Positions 1-20,048 of a DNA stretch of 64,000 nt are shown here, piece by piece. Position numbers and translations under genes: made by a program. The notes below the pieces were generated by a model. The model saw only the letters and a list, made by a program, of their open reading frames with translations, was not told where the DNA came from and did not search any database. This DNA is from the human T2T-CHM13v2.0 reference genome, Homo sapiens, in NCBI RefSeq assembly GCF_009914755.1, contig NC_060932.1; one strand, given 5' to 3'. Within the stretch, counting starts at the first letter, position 1; each line of letters starts with the position of its first letter.

Positions 1-170
1 ACTTTAAAGATGCTTCCCCAGTTTGCTTGCTTATATCGTTTCTGATAAATCTATTAAGATAATCATCTTTATCTTTCTTCCTCTACACACAAAATGACCA
101 TATCTCTTTCTCTGACTGCTTTTCAGATTTTCTCTTTATCATTTGCTTTCAACAATTTGATTATAATGTA

Positions 171-805
171 CAGTAAGTCCTCACTTAACATCATCAATAG
201 GTCCTTGGAAGCTGCAACTTCAAGTGAAACAAAGTAGAACAGAACCCAATTTACCATGGTCCAATCGACATAAACAAGTGTTAAGTTCCTACAGTGTATT
301 TCTAGTTACAAAAACATCACCGAACTTCTAATACCAAAACACTTCTAATATTAAACAATGAAATGAATGTGAGCTACACATACACTTAAGAAAGATTAAT
401 AAAAACAAGTAAGATAATTATTCACCCAATTTTTCTAGTTCAGGGTCACAGGTGGTCAGAGCGTATCCTAGCCGCTCAGGGCACAAGGCAGAAACCAGCC
501 TTAGACAGAATGCTATTCCACACTAGAGTGCGTGCGTGCCCACACACCCACACACACACACACACATACACACACACACACAACAGACTAACTCATACTG
601 GAACAATCTAGAGAAGCCAATTAACCTAATGCTCACATCTCCCTAATGTGGGAGGAAACTGAAGTCCCAAAGAAAACCCATGCAGACATGGGAAGAACAT
701 GAAAACATCACACCAATACTGGCCCCAGCCAGGAATCAATTCTTTTTCTCTCATCAACATTATGACAAAATGATGTTGAAAGAAACATTATTTGAGGACC
801 TGCTA
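171..805 (-). mobile_element. MER6A-type Tigger DNA transposon
   Basis: Ends CAGTAAGTCCTC...GAGGACCTGCTA form terminal inverted repeats; TA target duplications at 169-170 and 806-807. Confidence 0.8.
540..581. repeat. (CA)n microsatellite
   Basis: Visible imperfect CA run inside MER6A. Confidence 0.95.
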
Positions 806-1824
806 TACCTTGGTGTAGTTTTATGTTTCTTATACTTAAAACTCATTCAACTTCTTTATCTGTAGATTTATGGCTTAAGTCTAAAACATTTTTGGCCATT
901 ATTTCTTAAAATATATTCTTCTGTATATTATGTCCCTTGAGAACTACAATTATTCATCTATTTGGCTGCTTGAGTGTGTCCCACAGCTCACTGACTTTTT
1001 TTTCTTCTTTCTCTATGCTTCATTCTGGATGGTTTCTATTGCTCTGCCTTCAAGTTCATTCATAATTTTTTCTGCAATGTCTAATTTACCATTAATCTCA
1101 TACCGTATATTTTTCATCTCAGTTGTAGTTTTCATCATTGTAAGTCTGATATGGGTCTTTTTGTCTCTTCTGTATCTCTAACTTTTTGAATACATGGAAT
1201 ACAGTTATAATGTTTTAATGCCCTCTGCTAATTCTATCATCTGTGTCAGTTCTGTGTCAATTTTGACGGAAGATTCTCATAATTATGGGTCATATTTCAT
1301 GCTTCTTTGCATACATGGTAATCTTTAACTGAATGACATACCTTGTTAATTTTACCTTGCTATATGACTCCTATAAATCTTTTTGGACTTTGTCCAGGCA
1401 TACAGTTGAGTAATTTGGAAATAGTTTGTTCCTTTCAAGTCTTGCTTTTATAATTTACTAGTTCGCTCCAGAGCAGCAACATCTTCTCAACTCAGAGTCT
1501 GCCAGACTCCACATCTCAGTTTCTACTCTCTATGTCACATCCTGGAAAATCTCTCAGTGCAGTAGGCCTGGGGCAATTGTAGGACTCACCTTGTTTGTTT
1601 CTTCTCTCTCAAGAATCACTTGATTCTTGAGATTAAGACCTGAATGTCTTAATCATTGTTGTTTCTACATATTTTGCTTTTTTGGAGAAGAGGGGTAGGA
1701 TTGTTTCAAGAGGACAGTAAACACGATCCTTGTTACACCACATGGACCAGAGGCAAAAGTCCCCATCCGTCCTTCTTATTTAATCTATCTGTATCTATTT
1801 GAGTTTCTTGTAAACATCATAAAT

Positions 1825-2093
1825 ATACCGTCCCTGACTTACGATGGTTCACCTTATGATTCAACTTTACCATAGTGACAAAGTGATATGCACTCAGTAG
1901 AAACCATACTGAAGTACCTATATAAGCATTCTATTTTTCACTTTCAGTATCACATTCAATAAATTATAATGAGATATTTAACACTTTATTATAAAATAGG
2001 GTGTATTTAGATGATTTTGCCCAACTGTAGTCTAACTTAAGTGTTCTGAGCACATTTAAGGTAGGCTAGGCTAAGCTATGATGTTCAGTAGGT

Positions 2094-2142
<49 letters not shown>

Positions 2143-2528
2143 TTTTTTTTTCTGAGTCAAGGTCCCACTCTGTCACCCAGACTAGAATGCAATGAAGACT
2201 ATAACTCACTGCAGCCTTGACCTCCTGGGCTCAAGCAACCCTCACACTTCAGCCTCCCAAGTAGCTAGGACTACAGGTGCACACCACCACATCCAGCTAA
2301 TTTTTGTATTTTTTGTAGAGATGGGTTTTCACCATGTTGTCCAGGCTGGTCTTGAACTCCTAGGTTCAAATTATCTGCCAGCCTTGGCCTCCCAAAGTGC
2401 TGGGATACAGGCATGAGCCACCATGCCCAGTTAATTATGTGTATGAAATACATTTTTGACTTTCAATATTTTCATCTTACAATGGGTTTATCAGGACCTA
2501 ACACCATCATAAGTCAAGGAGCATCTGT
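1825..2528 (-). mobile_element. MER47A-type (Tigger5-derived) DNA transposon interrupted by an Alu
   Basis: taggctaggctaagctatgatgttcagtaggtt core; end taagtcaaggagcatctgTA. Confidence 0.75.
2094..2430 (-). mobile_element. AluJ-like element with (GT)n(TA)n(T)n tail
   Basis: Antisense dimeric Alu; compound microsatellite 2094-2151. Confidence 0.9.
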
Positions 2529-2947
2529 ACTTGAGTCTTGCTCTTCTATACAATCTGACAATCTTTGCCATTTAAATTGAGCATTTAAGTCATTTACATT
2601 TAGTATAGTTGTCAATATTACTAGATTTATATCTACTGTTTTGTTATGTTTTTGTCCTTTTATTTGTTCCTTTCTTCAACTTTATCTTCTTTTAGACTGA
2701 TTATTTTTAGTACCCATTTTATATCCTACATAGGCTTACTATTTTTATTTTGTCGTATAGGAATTGTTCTAAAACATACACAGCCTACCTTCAAATATCA
2801 TTCCACTTCATGTTTGATATCAGCACCTAAAAATTCTATACTTCCCTTTCCCTTATCCCTTTCTTTATGCTACTGACATCAATTAATTTCTATGTATAAG
2901 CCCTCAAGGCACTGTTAGTATTTTTGTTTTAGTCAATTATCTTTTTA

Positions 2948-4328
<1,381 letters not shown>

Positions 4329-4370
4329 GCATTTTAATATTTTATTGAGGTAGAATTGACATAATATCTA

Positions 4371-4754
<384 letters not shown>

Positions 4755-7034
4755 CTATACCTAGTTCCAAAACACTGTTATGACCCCAAAAGGGAATTCA
4801 ACACCCATTAGGCAGTTGCTTCTCATTCACCCTTAATCCCAGGCCCTGGCAAGCAACAATCTACATTCTGTCTCATAGATTACCTATTGTGGATATTTCA
4901 CATAAATGGAATCATACAATATGTGACCATTTGTGTGTGTCTTCTTTCACTTAATATGTTTTCTAGGTTCATCTGCATCGTAGCATGTATCTGTACTTCA
5001 TTTCTTTACTGCTAGACAATTTATGGAATACAGACTACTGCAATTTGTTTACTCATTCATCCACTGATGGACATTTGGGTTGTTTCCACCATTTAGCTAT
5101 TGCAAATAGTGCTGCTATGAACATGTGTGGTCATGTATTTGTTTGAGTACCTGCTTTCAATTCTTCAGGGTATATACCTAGGAGTGGAACTGCTGGGTCA
5201 TATGACAAGTCTATGTGTTCCTTTGAGGAATTGTCAAACTCTTTTTTCCACAGAGGCTGAACCATTTAACATTCCCACCAGCAACATACGAGGGTTCCAG
5301 TTTCTCCACATCGTCCTCAAAACCAGTTACTGCCCGTCTTTTGATTCTGGCCATCCTAGTAGGTGAGAAGTGGTATCTTACTGTGGTTTTCATTTGCATC
5401 TCCCTGATCACTAATGATGTTGAGTATTAATGATGTGTTTATCTTCTCAGAGTAACTGTCTATTCCAAGTCCTTTGCCCATTTTTTAGTTGAGCTTTTTT
5501 TTGCTGTTGAGTTGTAAGTTTTCGTTCTTGTATTTTGGCCATTGGTCCATTATGAGTTAATTTTTATACATGGCATGAAGTAGGGGTCCAACTTTATTGT
5601 TTTGCATGTGCATCTCCAGGGGTCCCCAAACCATTTGAAGAGATTATTCTTTCCCCACTGAATCATCCTGGCATGTTTGTTAAAAATCAATTGCCTACAT
5701 ATATATTAATTCTGGACTCTCAATTCTATTAGTCTATACATCTATCCTTATGCCAGTACCACACTATTTTGATCATTGTAGCTTTGCAGTAAGTTTCTTA
5801 ATTGGGAAATATGAGTCCTCTGGCTTTATTCTTCCTTTTTCAAGATGGTTTTGGCTATTTGGATCTGTTGCAATTCCATATGAATATGAGGATCAGCTTT
5901 CCAACTTTTGCAAAAAAAAAAAAAAAAAGGCCAATGGAATTTTGATAGAGATTGCATTGAATCTGGAGATTGCTTTGGACAGTATTGCCATCCTAACGGC
6001 AATGTAAAGTCTTCCAATTCATGAACACAAAATGTCTTTCCACTTATTTAGGTCTTCTTTATTTCAACATGTTTTATAGTTTACAGTGCACAAGTCTTTC
6101 ATAAGCAAGTCAACTCCTTTAGGCTTTTGGATGCTATTATAAATGCAATCTTTTAAAATTTCTTTTTGTATTGTTCATTCCGAGTACACAGAAACACAAA
6201 TGCTTTTTGTGTGTTACCTTGTACCTACAACTTTGCTCAAGTTATTTATTAGCTTTAGCGGAGGTTTTTCTGGATTCTTTGGGATTTTCTATATATAGGA
6301 CCATGTCATCTGCAAACAGAGACAGTTTTATTTCTTCCTTCCAAATCTGTATGTCTTTGTTTCTTTTTCTTGTCACACTGCTCTGGCTATAACTTCCACT
6401 ACAACTTGAATAACTGGTGAGAATGGGTATCCGTGCCTTGTTCCTGATCATAAGGGCAAGGATTTCAGTCTTTTACTATTGAGTTGGATGTTAGCTGTGG
6501 GTTTTTTCATAAACGCTGAATGTTGAGGAAATGTTTAAAAAAAAAGTTCCCTACTATTCCTGATTTTGAGCCTTTCTATCAAGAACAGCTGTTGAATTTT
6601 GTCAACTGCCTACTGTATCAATTGAAACAATCACGTGGGGGTTTTCCCCGCTTCATTCTATTAATGTGTTGTACTACACCACCCTTGCAATCCTGGGAAT
6701 AAGTCCCACTTGGCCATGGTGCATATTCCTTTAAATATGCTGCTAGATTCAGTTTGCTAGTATTTTGTTGAAGATTTTTGCATCTTTATTAATAAGGAAT
6801 ATTGGTCTGTAATTTTCGCATTACGTCTTTGTTTGGCTTTGGTATCAGGGTGATAATACTGGCCTCAAAGAGTGAGTTAGGAAGTATTCTTACTCTCTCC
6901 TCTCCAATTTTTTGGAAGAGTTTGAGAGCGATTCTCATACTCTTTAAATATTTAAATATTTGGTATTCTTCTTTAAATATTTGGTAGAATCCACCAGAGA
7001 AGCAATATGGTACTGGACTTCTGATTGGGAGTTT

Positions 7035-7135
7035 TTGTTTTGTTTTGAGATAGGGTCTCACTCTATCACCCAGGTTGGAGTGCAATGGCATAATCATGGA
7101 TCACTGCAGTCTCAACCTCCCAGGCTCAAGTAATC
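7035..7135 (-). mobile_element. Alu right-arm fragment
   Basis: gagatagggtctcactctatcacccagg... Confidence 0.85.
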
Positions 7136-7877
7136 TTAGTTTGGGAGGTTTTTTAACTAATTCAATCTGTTCACTTGTAAGTCTGTTATATTTTCTGTTT
7201 CTTCTGAGTCAGTTTTAGTAATGCGTATTTCTAAAACTGTGTCCATTTCATGTAGGTTATCTAATCTGTGCATAAAATTGCTCACAGTATTCTCTTTAAT
7301 CCTTTTTGTTTAAGGTCAGTAGTAATGTCCCCACACTCACGTCTAGTTTTAGTTATACCTATCTGTGTTTTTTCTTTGTCAGTCTAGCAAAAGGTTTGTC
7401 AATTTCATTGATCTTTTCAAAGAATCAAACTTTTGGTTTCACTAATTCTCTATATTATTTTCCTATTCTCTATTTCATTTATCTCCACTCTAATCTTTAT
7501 TTACTTCCTTTTTTCTGGTAGCTTTGCATTTTCTAGTTTCTTTAAAATGTAAAGTAAGATTATTTATTTGAGGCCTTTCTTATTCTTTAATGTAGATGTT
7601 TATTGCTAATAATTTCCCTCTCAGGACTGTTTTCACTGCATCATTTAAGTCACATATATTGTTTCCATTTTAATTTATTTCTAAGTATTCTCTAATTCCC
7701 ACATATTTGTAAATTTCCATATATTTGTAAATTTTCCAGTATTCCTTCTGTTAATGATTACTAACTTCATTCCACTGTGACTGGAGAAGATACATAGCAT
7801 GATTTCAATCTTTTTAAATTTACTGAAACTTGTTTTGTGGCCTAATACAGCCTGGAGAATGTTTCATGTATACTTTA

Positions 7878-8210
<333 letters not shown>

Positions 8211-8369
8211 AATACATATTTTGCTGTTGCTGAATGTTCTGTATATGTCTGCTAGGTCTAGTTGATTAATACTGTTGTTGAGGTCCTCTAGTCCCTTACT
8301 GATATTCTGTCTAGATGTTCTATCCATTGCTAACGTCAAAGCAAGCATTTTTTGACTGAATGACAAAAA

Positions 8370-9048
8370 CTAAATTTTACATTGTTGGGTTCTGAATTTT
8401 GTTGTATTCCTCTAAATAGTGTTCTGGTGCAGTTAAGTTACTTGGAATCATTTGGAGCCTTCTGAGGACTCTTCCCAGTGCCCCATGTATTCTACAACAT
8501 ACTTTACTCTGCATAGTAGGAACATGACTATTTGAAGCCTTATTGTGAACTCTGGAAATTGTTTTTCTTAGTGCTTTCCAAGTGTTTTCTTCTCTGGCCT
8601 CAGGTAGGGCCTGTCAAGCATCTACGAAATCAGAACTCAGCAAAAGACTCCAGGAGAACCCTCTGGAGATCTCCAAAATGCATGCTCACTTGTTCATGCT
8701 CTCTTGCTTTTTAGTTTATGCCTCCCCAACGCCAATCCCAACCCCCTTAGCTCTTTTTTCTCTGGTACTCTGCCCTGTAATTCTAATCGCCTTGATCTTC
8801 CCAAATTTTTATCTTTGTCTTTTTATCTCAGTAGGACTGCTGGGCTCTGTTTTGGTTCCTCCACACCTTGCACTGCAGCCAATAAACTGCCTCTAGGCTC
8901 TGCAGTAAGCTGTTACAATTGAAGGGCTTTACCTTCACTTGTTCCTATTCTCTCAGGGATCACAGTCTGGTGCTGCCTGTCATCAATGTCTAAAAGCTAT
9001 TGTTTATATATTTTATAAATTCTCAAGTTATTTAAAGAGGAAGAGTAG
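8370..9048 (-). mobile_element. Old L1M 5'-region remnant (resumes ~9930-9975 after MLT1F)
   Basis: Similar by eye to 1330-1770 and 54600-55250. Confidence 0.5.
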
Positions 9049-9049
9049 A

Positions 9050-9925
<876 letters not shown>

Positions 9926-11961
9926 TATAAAATAAATCCAGTTCCCATTATACCAGCATAGGGGAAAGTAGAAGTCTTTCTTACACATTTTTAACCTCCT
10001 TATGTTTACTATTTTTCTTATCCCCTAACTGTAGGCTATATTCTATGGCTACAAGAGACATGAGCAGATTACAGAGCTCCACACCCAGTCTTGGAAAGAA
10101 AAGTAACTACTACTAAGTAGCAGCAACTTTTAAGAGAAAAGAATAGAGTTCCTGGTGCTTGTGGCAAGAAGCAGGAGGACCTTGAAGCCAATCTGGGCTT
10201 GAGAAAGTGGTTCATTCCCCCAAATACTTCACTAAATGATCTACCTAAATGTCTGCCGTCTGCCCTCCTTTCCCACCAATTTCCAGTCAGGCAGCAATAG
10301 CCAACAGCAATATTAATAGTAAAATTAATAGCAGTAGTACCAGCACCAATGCTAAGCATTTTGCCTTTGTTATCTCAATTACTCCTCACAACAAACCTCT
10401 GAGATAGCTGTCATTATTCCTTACACTCTAGACTTTGTTTCTTGGTAGTCATACTCTGGTCTTACACTATCCAGTGTAATAAAAACTTTTTTTTTTTTTT
10501 TAATAACACCTGGCTCCCTCTTGCCCTACACGGTTCTGCTACTCCTTCGACACGGAAAAATTCTGTCTTGTCCTGCCTGTCATCTCTTCCACTTCAGTTA
10601 GGCCTTAAAGCTTCCTCTTAGCTACCATGTTCCCAATATCTACTATCAAACCTCACTAAAAAGAATCACCAGATTATTTTGATCCCTGTAAATTCCCAGT
10701 TGCTAGGCTCTCCCAATACTACAACCGCCTAATATAGACTTTTCCAATTCCTTAGGACACACTGACCTGTCAAGCCTACCTCACCAGCTAATCTCCAAAA
10801 CTTGGCCCTACTTCAGCTACTCATTTAAAAATATTATTCACAGCATGTATCTTCGTAATTTATATTTGCTGTAGCTTACTGCTAAAATGAGTTCCTTTTC
10901 CCGGGGGACCTATAATTAATGATCAGGGAGAAAGGGCCAAAATATACCATACTGGTAAATATTATGGTACCCCAGAAACCAGTATACTCCCGTTGGTTAT
11001 CTGTTGAATAATGACTGAAAAGTATAAAGTAATGATTATAAATACTAACTCAGAAAATTATCAGAGGGCATAATCCAAAGAATGTTATTTACAAATAAAA
11101 AGAAATAGATGACAGTAGACACATATAAGCAATCCACAAAAGGCAAAACACGAAAGAACAAAAAATATTTAAATATTATAGAAACACAAAATAAAATACC
11201 ACCTTTTGTCAGACAGATTAGCAAAGACTGAAATTTTGTCAAGGAAGTAAGGAAACAGGTAGATACACTTCTGGCAGATATAATTTTGTCTTTTTGGGAG
11301 CTATACACCAAATATCTTTAAAATCCACATACATCTTTGACTAGTATTTCCATTTCTAATAATTAATTCTAAGAAAATAATTGGACAAAGAGATATACAT
11401 TAAAAAAATTTACTATGGCACTAACTACAATATAAAAATCTGTCCAACAATAAGGGCTTGGTTAAATTTTAGTACATCCAAACTAAGAATTATTATTAAA
11501 TCACTTCAAAACATTACATATTGTATAATCCCAGTTTTTAAAAAGTAACATATATTCACATAAAAACATACCTGCATAGAAAAAAAATCTAGAAGTATAC
11601 ACCCCAAAATGTTACCAGTGATTATCTCTGTAATAGAAGTGGAATTTTTTGTGATTTTTTTTGTTTGTTTTTCAGGGTTTGTTTTTTTTTTTTTTTGCTT
11701 ATCACACCTAATTTTCTACAGTAAGCATAAGTTGCACATGGATAATAACACACATTCTTAAAAGGCAAAAACAACAACTATGATCACAATTTAAAGGCAG
11801 AAAAGTGCTATTATCTTAACAGAACATGGAACATCCATGTTCTATGATAATAATAAAGTTAGGCAAAGTTAATATCAAATAACCTGATATTCAATAGCCT
11901 AGTTTTTAATTAGTTTTAGTAACACATATGGAAGAATCTGTTATGAATAAAAAACCATGTA

Positions 11962-12265
<304 letters not shown>

Positions 12266-12388
12266 CTAATTCAGGTATTTTAAGAAAACAAAAGCCTTCC
12301 CAAATAAAAATGTAGTACTAATCCTAGAGACAACGTTGAAAATCACGTAGTAAAAATCTCAACTCTTTCAAGCTGAGAATCAACTTAA

Positions 12389-12678
<290 letters not shown>

Positions 12679-12892
12679 CCTTTACACATTTACCTTGAGA
12701 ACCCTCACTGTTATGAGAAAGTGGTTGCCCAGAAAGTAAGATTCAAAAATCACTCATGAATTTAAGAATTCAACTCTATGTTTAGCTGAAGAGAGTCTTC
12801 ATCTCAGACTTGAACAGTTTGGGGGATGACAGTTATAGTCAGTAACAAGAAGGGGGGGTCTCTTAAATTGTTCTAGGAATACACTTCTGTTA

Positions 12893-13118
12893 AGATTGAG
12901 CATCCTAAATCCAAAAATCTGAAATCCAAAATCTCCAAGATTTCAAACTTCTTTTGTACCAACATAATGCTCAAAGGAAATGCTCATTGGAGCATTTTGG
13001 ATTTTCGATTTTTGGATTAGGGATGCTCAACCTGTAGGCAAAATTCCAAAATCTAAAAAAATCTGAAATCCAAAACACTTCCAGTGCCAAGCATTTTGGA
13101 TAAGGAATACTCAACCTG
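12893..13118. mobile_element. Tigger4a (MER46A-type) DNA transposon
   Basis: Internal inverted repeats ttgagcatcctaaatccaaaaatc / gatttttggattagggatgctcaacctg; end actcaacctgTA. Confidence 0.85.
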
Positions 13119-13759
13119 TACAATTTAAGTATGTATATCTCCAGGCACTGTGTACGATTTCTAGCCAACATCCAGGGAATTGCTTGTGGCCATGTAGAGA
13201 ATTGCCTAGGAACTGTTTGCAATGCCTGATTCAACATGACCTGCAACATAGCCAGTCAGTAAATCCTCATTAGGACTAATCCATAAACTATAATTTTCAA
13301 TGAAGTTGGCTAGCATAAAATGGTCATTTCCAAATGTCTGTGGCAGAAGATGAAAAATTATTTTAATTGTAACCAAATAATTAATGGCAGGTATCCATAG
13401 AAAGTTATTTAGTGGCAACTTCACAGCTATAACAGTTTGCAAATAAGGTCTCATAATGCTTCCACTGGGATTTGAGAGCAGCTGTGAGGAAACAGGAAGC
13501 ACTAAGCACAGGACAGCACTACGATTTCTTTAAATTATTAGTAATGTTTTTGATTAAAGTAATTTTTGTTGCACTAGGGAAGTTTCTAGTACAGGAGAAA
13601 ACTAAATAATAACTTTACATGAGGGAGAGTTAGTTGCATTTGTGTAACACAAGCAGCATATAACACCAAAACTGACAACATAATTACGTGGTTATTGTTG
13701 AAAAATAAATATCTCCTTGCTTTAGTGACAACTCTAGCACCATTCATATATTCATACAC

Positions 13760-15150
<1,391 letters not shown>

Positions 15151-15732
15151 AAAAGTATTTTCTAACACTATAGTTATGATACAATGTTCTATTTGATCGG
15201 GAAAGGTAAAATTAAATGTATAAAGTTCTTGGAGAAACGTCAAGAACTAAGAAAAGCACTTCTTTCAGTGAGTCTAAAGTATTAAATGCTGTAGTTTATC
15301 AGGGCACTTCCTTCTAGTGTTTTTCAGTGCCCTGGAAAGTGAACTTTAAAAAAAAAAAAAAAACAGATACAACTACTTCACAAGATTTGTCACTAAAAAT
15401 GCTTTGAGTCTGCAGAACTGCCACCTACTGAAGCTGTATCATGATCATAAGCATTCTGAACACATTAACAAGTCCTAAAGGGATGTGACATCAAGAAGAA
15501 CAGACAAACCTTCTGCCTTGCACAACCAGAAGTTATCAACTTTCAGAAGATCATTCTAATCCTTAAACAACCTGCCCTACACAGCCTCCAATGATGACTA
15601 TACAGTAGGTAACTGCTTTAAAAAGTGATGAGTCAGGTTACAGTTATAGAAAAGAAAAGCTGAGTTAAAATGTTCCACAATTTACAGCCAAAGCACCATG
15701 TAAGCATGAAAAATGCCTTAACACAAACTCAC

Positions 15733-15750
15733 CTGATTTATTTGAAGCAT
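15733..15750 (-). CDS. STAU2: First 6 codons (MLQINQ) of a short-N-terminus Staufen 2 isoform
   Basis: Minus strand taacATG CTT CAA ATA AAT CAG|GTGAGT: A at -3, consensus phase-0 donor at 15732. Confidence 0.88.
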
Positions 15751-15798
15751 GTTAAGACAATATTGACCAAACTGCTGTATCCCTCACGGCTCCAAAAA
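15733..15798 (-). other. STAU2: STAU2 exon 3 (66 nt, 5'UTR plus alternative ATG)
   Basis: Acceptor tttatttcttcattttcgttttccAG (AG at 15800-15799); donor CAG|GTGAGT. Confidence 0.9.
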
Positions 15799-15907
15799 CT
15801 GGAAAACGAAAATGAAGAAATAAAGTTCAACTTAGCTGATAACCTCAATGACTGGTATTTTAAACACATGCCCTTGATCAAAATCAAATATAAAATGTAA
15901 TTTATCC

Positions 15908-16100
15908 AGATCTCCATAGAACTTTCTATGATGATAAAAATGTTCTGTACTTGCACTGTCCAATCTGGAAGTCATTAGCCACATGTGGCTACTGAGCACT
16001 TGAAATGTGGCTAGAGCAATCAAGAAAATAATATTTAATTTTCTTTCATGTTCACTTGAATAACTACGTCACTAGTAGCCACCATACTGGACAGTACAGA
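15908..16100. mobile_element. MER3 (hAT-Charlie) DNA transposon
   Basis: atagaactttct...tagccacatgtggctactgagcacttgaaatgtggctag...ctggacagtacag. Confidence 0.8.
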
Positions 16101-16411
16101 TCTGAACAAAGCTCCTTCTGCTTCTAGACTTCTAAGACAATCCCAACAAAAGTGAAGCTGTTAAAAATAAATCTGAGAGTTTCAGGTTAATATTTAATGT
16201 ATACTTCCCTTTTTGCAGTCCTGTTTTAAACAGCTTTGTTCCCATCTTCTATACGATAAATTAATCCTAAAGAAGATGCAACACCACAAGTATTCTCTTA
16301 GATGGTATGGAAAAGAGCATATAGTACAATTATCTTGCTGAATAGTTTCTTTTTCTCTGTCATTTTGTCTGTTATCATCAGTATAAAAATAGTATGTATA
16401 TTAAAATTTCA

Positions 16412-16746
<335 letters not shown>

Positions 16747-17204
16747 TTACAAATAAATAAATCATGGGATCTTGTAATGAAAAAAAGTTTATATAAAATA
16801 TAAATTATATACAGACCTCTCCCCTAAAAATTATCTAAAGCAACAACACAATTGTGATACACAGCAAAAGGCCTATATCTAATCACCTGTATAGAAACTG
16901 TTATGCTGCTAAATTTTAATATTGAACTTTCCCCTGGAAGCAAACGTTTTGTAAGTACACACATACATACACAAACACACACCCATATTTGGCTACCATT
17001 TTTTCAAGATGACAAACTAGAGTCCATTCAAAATGACTTTGAAAACTTTAATATTTTTCTTACAATAGTGTCCTCAGCATCTGCATCAATTTTTATTTAT
17101 TTTCTAATTACTGTCACATTTCCTATGAGAACGGGATGCTGTATAAAGAGCACACGGCCTGGATATTGGTGAATTTGAGTTTTAGTCAAAGTTCTTCAGA
17201 TTAC

Positions 17205-17317
17205 CTTCTGAGCCTTGGTTCAAATTACTTTGTGTATCTTTGAGTTCTTCTTTTTCTGTCTTCTTTTTTTTCTTCAATCTTTAAAAAGTAAGCTAAAGTC
17301 CTTGTGGTAGGCAGCCT
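17205..17317 (-). other. STAU2: STAU2 exon 2 (113 nt, 5'UTR)
   Basis: Acceptor ttctatttgttAG (17319-17318), purine-rich body (gaagaaaaaaaagaagacagaaaaagaagaa), donor AAG|GTAATC at 17204; internal alternative AGs also present. Confidence 0.75.
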
Positions 17318-17765
17318 CTAACAAATAGAATATAGCAGAAATAATGAGATACCACTTCCAAGATTAGGTTATAAAAATTCTTAGGTGTCACCTTCTCTCA
17401 CTCATTTGCTCAGAGGGAGGCAGATGCCAAACTGTGGTGCCCTTTGGAGAGGCCCATATGGCAAAGAACTGAGAAAAGCCTCTGGCCAACAGCCAGCAAC
17501 AATTGATTTCTTCAGTCCAAGAGCCCCAGGAAACTGAACCCTGCAAGAGCCACATGAATGAGTTCAGAAACAGATCTTCCACCAGTAGAGCTTCCAGATG
17601 TGACTGCAACCCCAACTGACAGCTTGACTACCACCTCTTTTATGAGCCACAGGCACCCAGCTAAGCTGCACCCAGATTTCTAACCCACAGAAACTGTAAG
17701 ATAATGTTTGTTGTCTTAAGTCCTTAAATTCTGGTGCAATGTGCTATGCAACAATAAATAAGACT
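17303..17765 (+). mobile_element. MLT1F-type MaLR solo LTR with internal deletion; overlaps the exon 2 acceptor
   Basis: Starts tgtggtaggcagcctcta; cccagctaagctgcacccagatttctaacccacagaaactgtaagataatgtttgttg. Confidence 0.8.
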
Positions 17766-18168
17766 ATCCTGTCCAACTCTATAATTCAATATTCCCATGG
17801 TGCTTTAGGTATTAATTAATATTTGGATAGGCAAAAAAATAAAATAAAATCCCTGTTCAACATGAGCAAATGAGTAACATTAGAACTTCAAAGTGGCAAA
17901 TTATAAAACTTAAACATTTATATTTTCAATTCAAAAAATGAGATTATTCACAAGTGTAGCATTAGTCACATGGTGTTAAAATACACCCGCTTTCAATAGG
18001 AATGGAGTATCTCATTAAAAAAATACACTAGCTATAACTTAAAATACAAACACAACCAATCATCTTTTTTTTTAACTGAAAACAGTTCATTTAAAAAGTA
18101 AAGTGTGAATAACCACTAAAGCATCTCAGTGACTTAGTGTCCCTTGCTTTCTAGAATTTATCATTACT

Positions 18169-18797
<629 letters not shown>

Positions 18798-18970
18798 TCA
18801 CCAACTTTGAAAAACTCCACTTTGTCTTTATTAGTATACGTTGCTAAAGTTACAAATGCTTATCTACAGATCTCTATGTATTTCTTCAATATTAGAGGCT
18901 GATAACACTGGTGGCTGATTCCAAGAAGCAAGCAGAGTAAGATATTGGGGTACCTTTTTGAAAGTTCTAA

Positions 18971-19318
<348 letters not shown>

Positions 19319-19713
19319 TAACAAAAAATAAAACTTTATGAACATAAAATTAACCATACGATTTAAATATTCTGTAAGCCTTTTCTTTACAATATAAAGA
19401 GCTGTAGAAATTAAAACACATGAAACTAATGTCTATAACAGCACTCTGTAATTGGCTAACATTCTGAAAATTATACTTTTTTAAGCAAACCAGTTATTTT
19501 AGATTTACATCAATTTAAAAATTGTAGTTTGTAATTATACCATGGACAATTCAGAATGTTCACAGTGGCACGTCTTTAAGACTCTGTTTCTACTTTAAAG
19601 ACACGCCCAGTCTACTGTCACATATTTTAAACAATTTGCTAAAATATCAAGACATATCAATAAAATGCAGAGCAGTTTTATACTACCTTTGGTTTCATAA
19701 AATCCACCTCCTC

Positions 19714-20048
<335 letters not shown>

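Larger units (their letters stand above)
1..1770 (-). mobile_element. Old L1M (L1MC/L1ME-type) 5'/ORF1-region remnant, split by MER6A
   Basis: Typical antisense L1M motifs (ttgattataatg...ccttggtgtagtttt; ttttggccattatttctt) are contiguous across the MER6 insertion. Confidence 0.6.

Noticed and set aside
12893-13118. Strong inverted repeats/hairpin
   Set aside because: Intrinsic to Tigger4a/MER46A
15738-15956. 72-aa minus-strand ORF overlapping exon 3
   Set aside because: Runs through MER3 and the intron and is out of frame with the MLQINQ ATG
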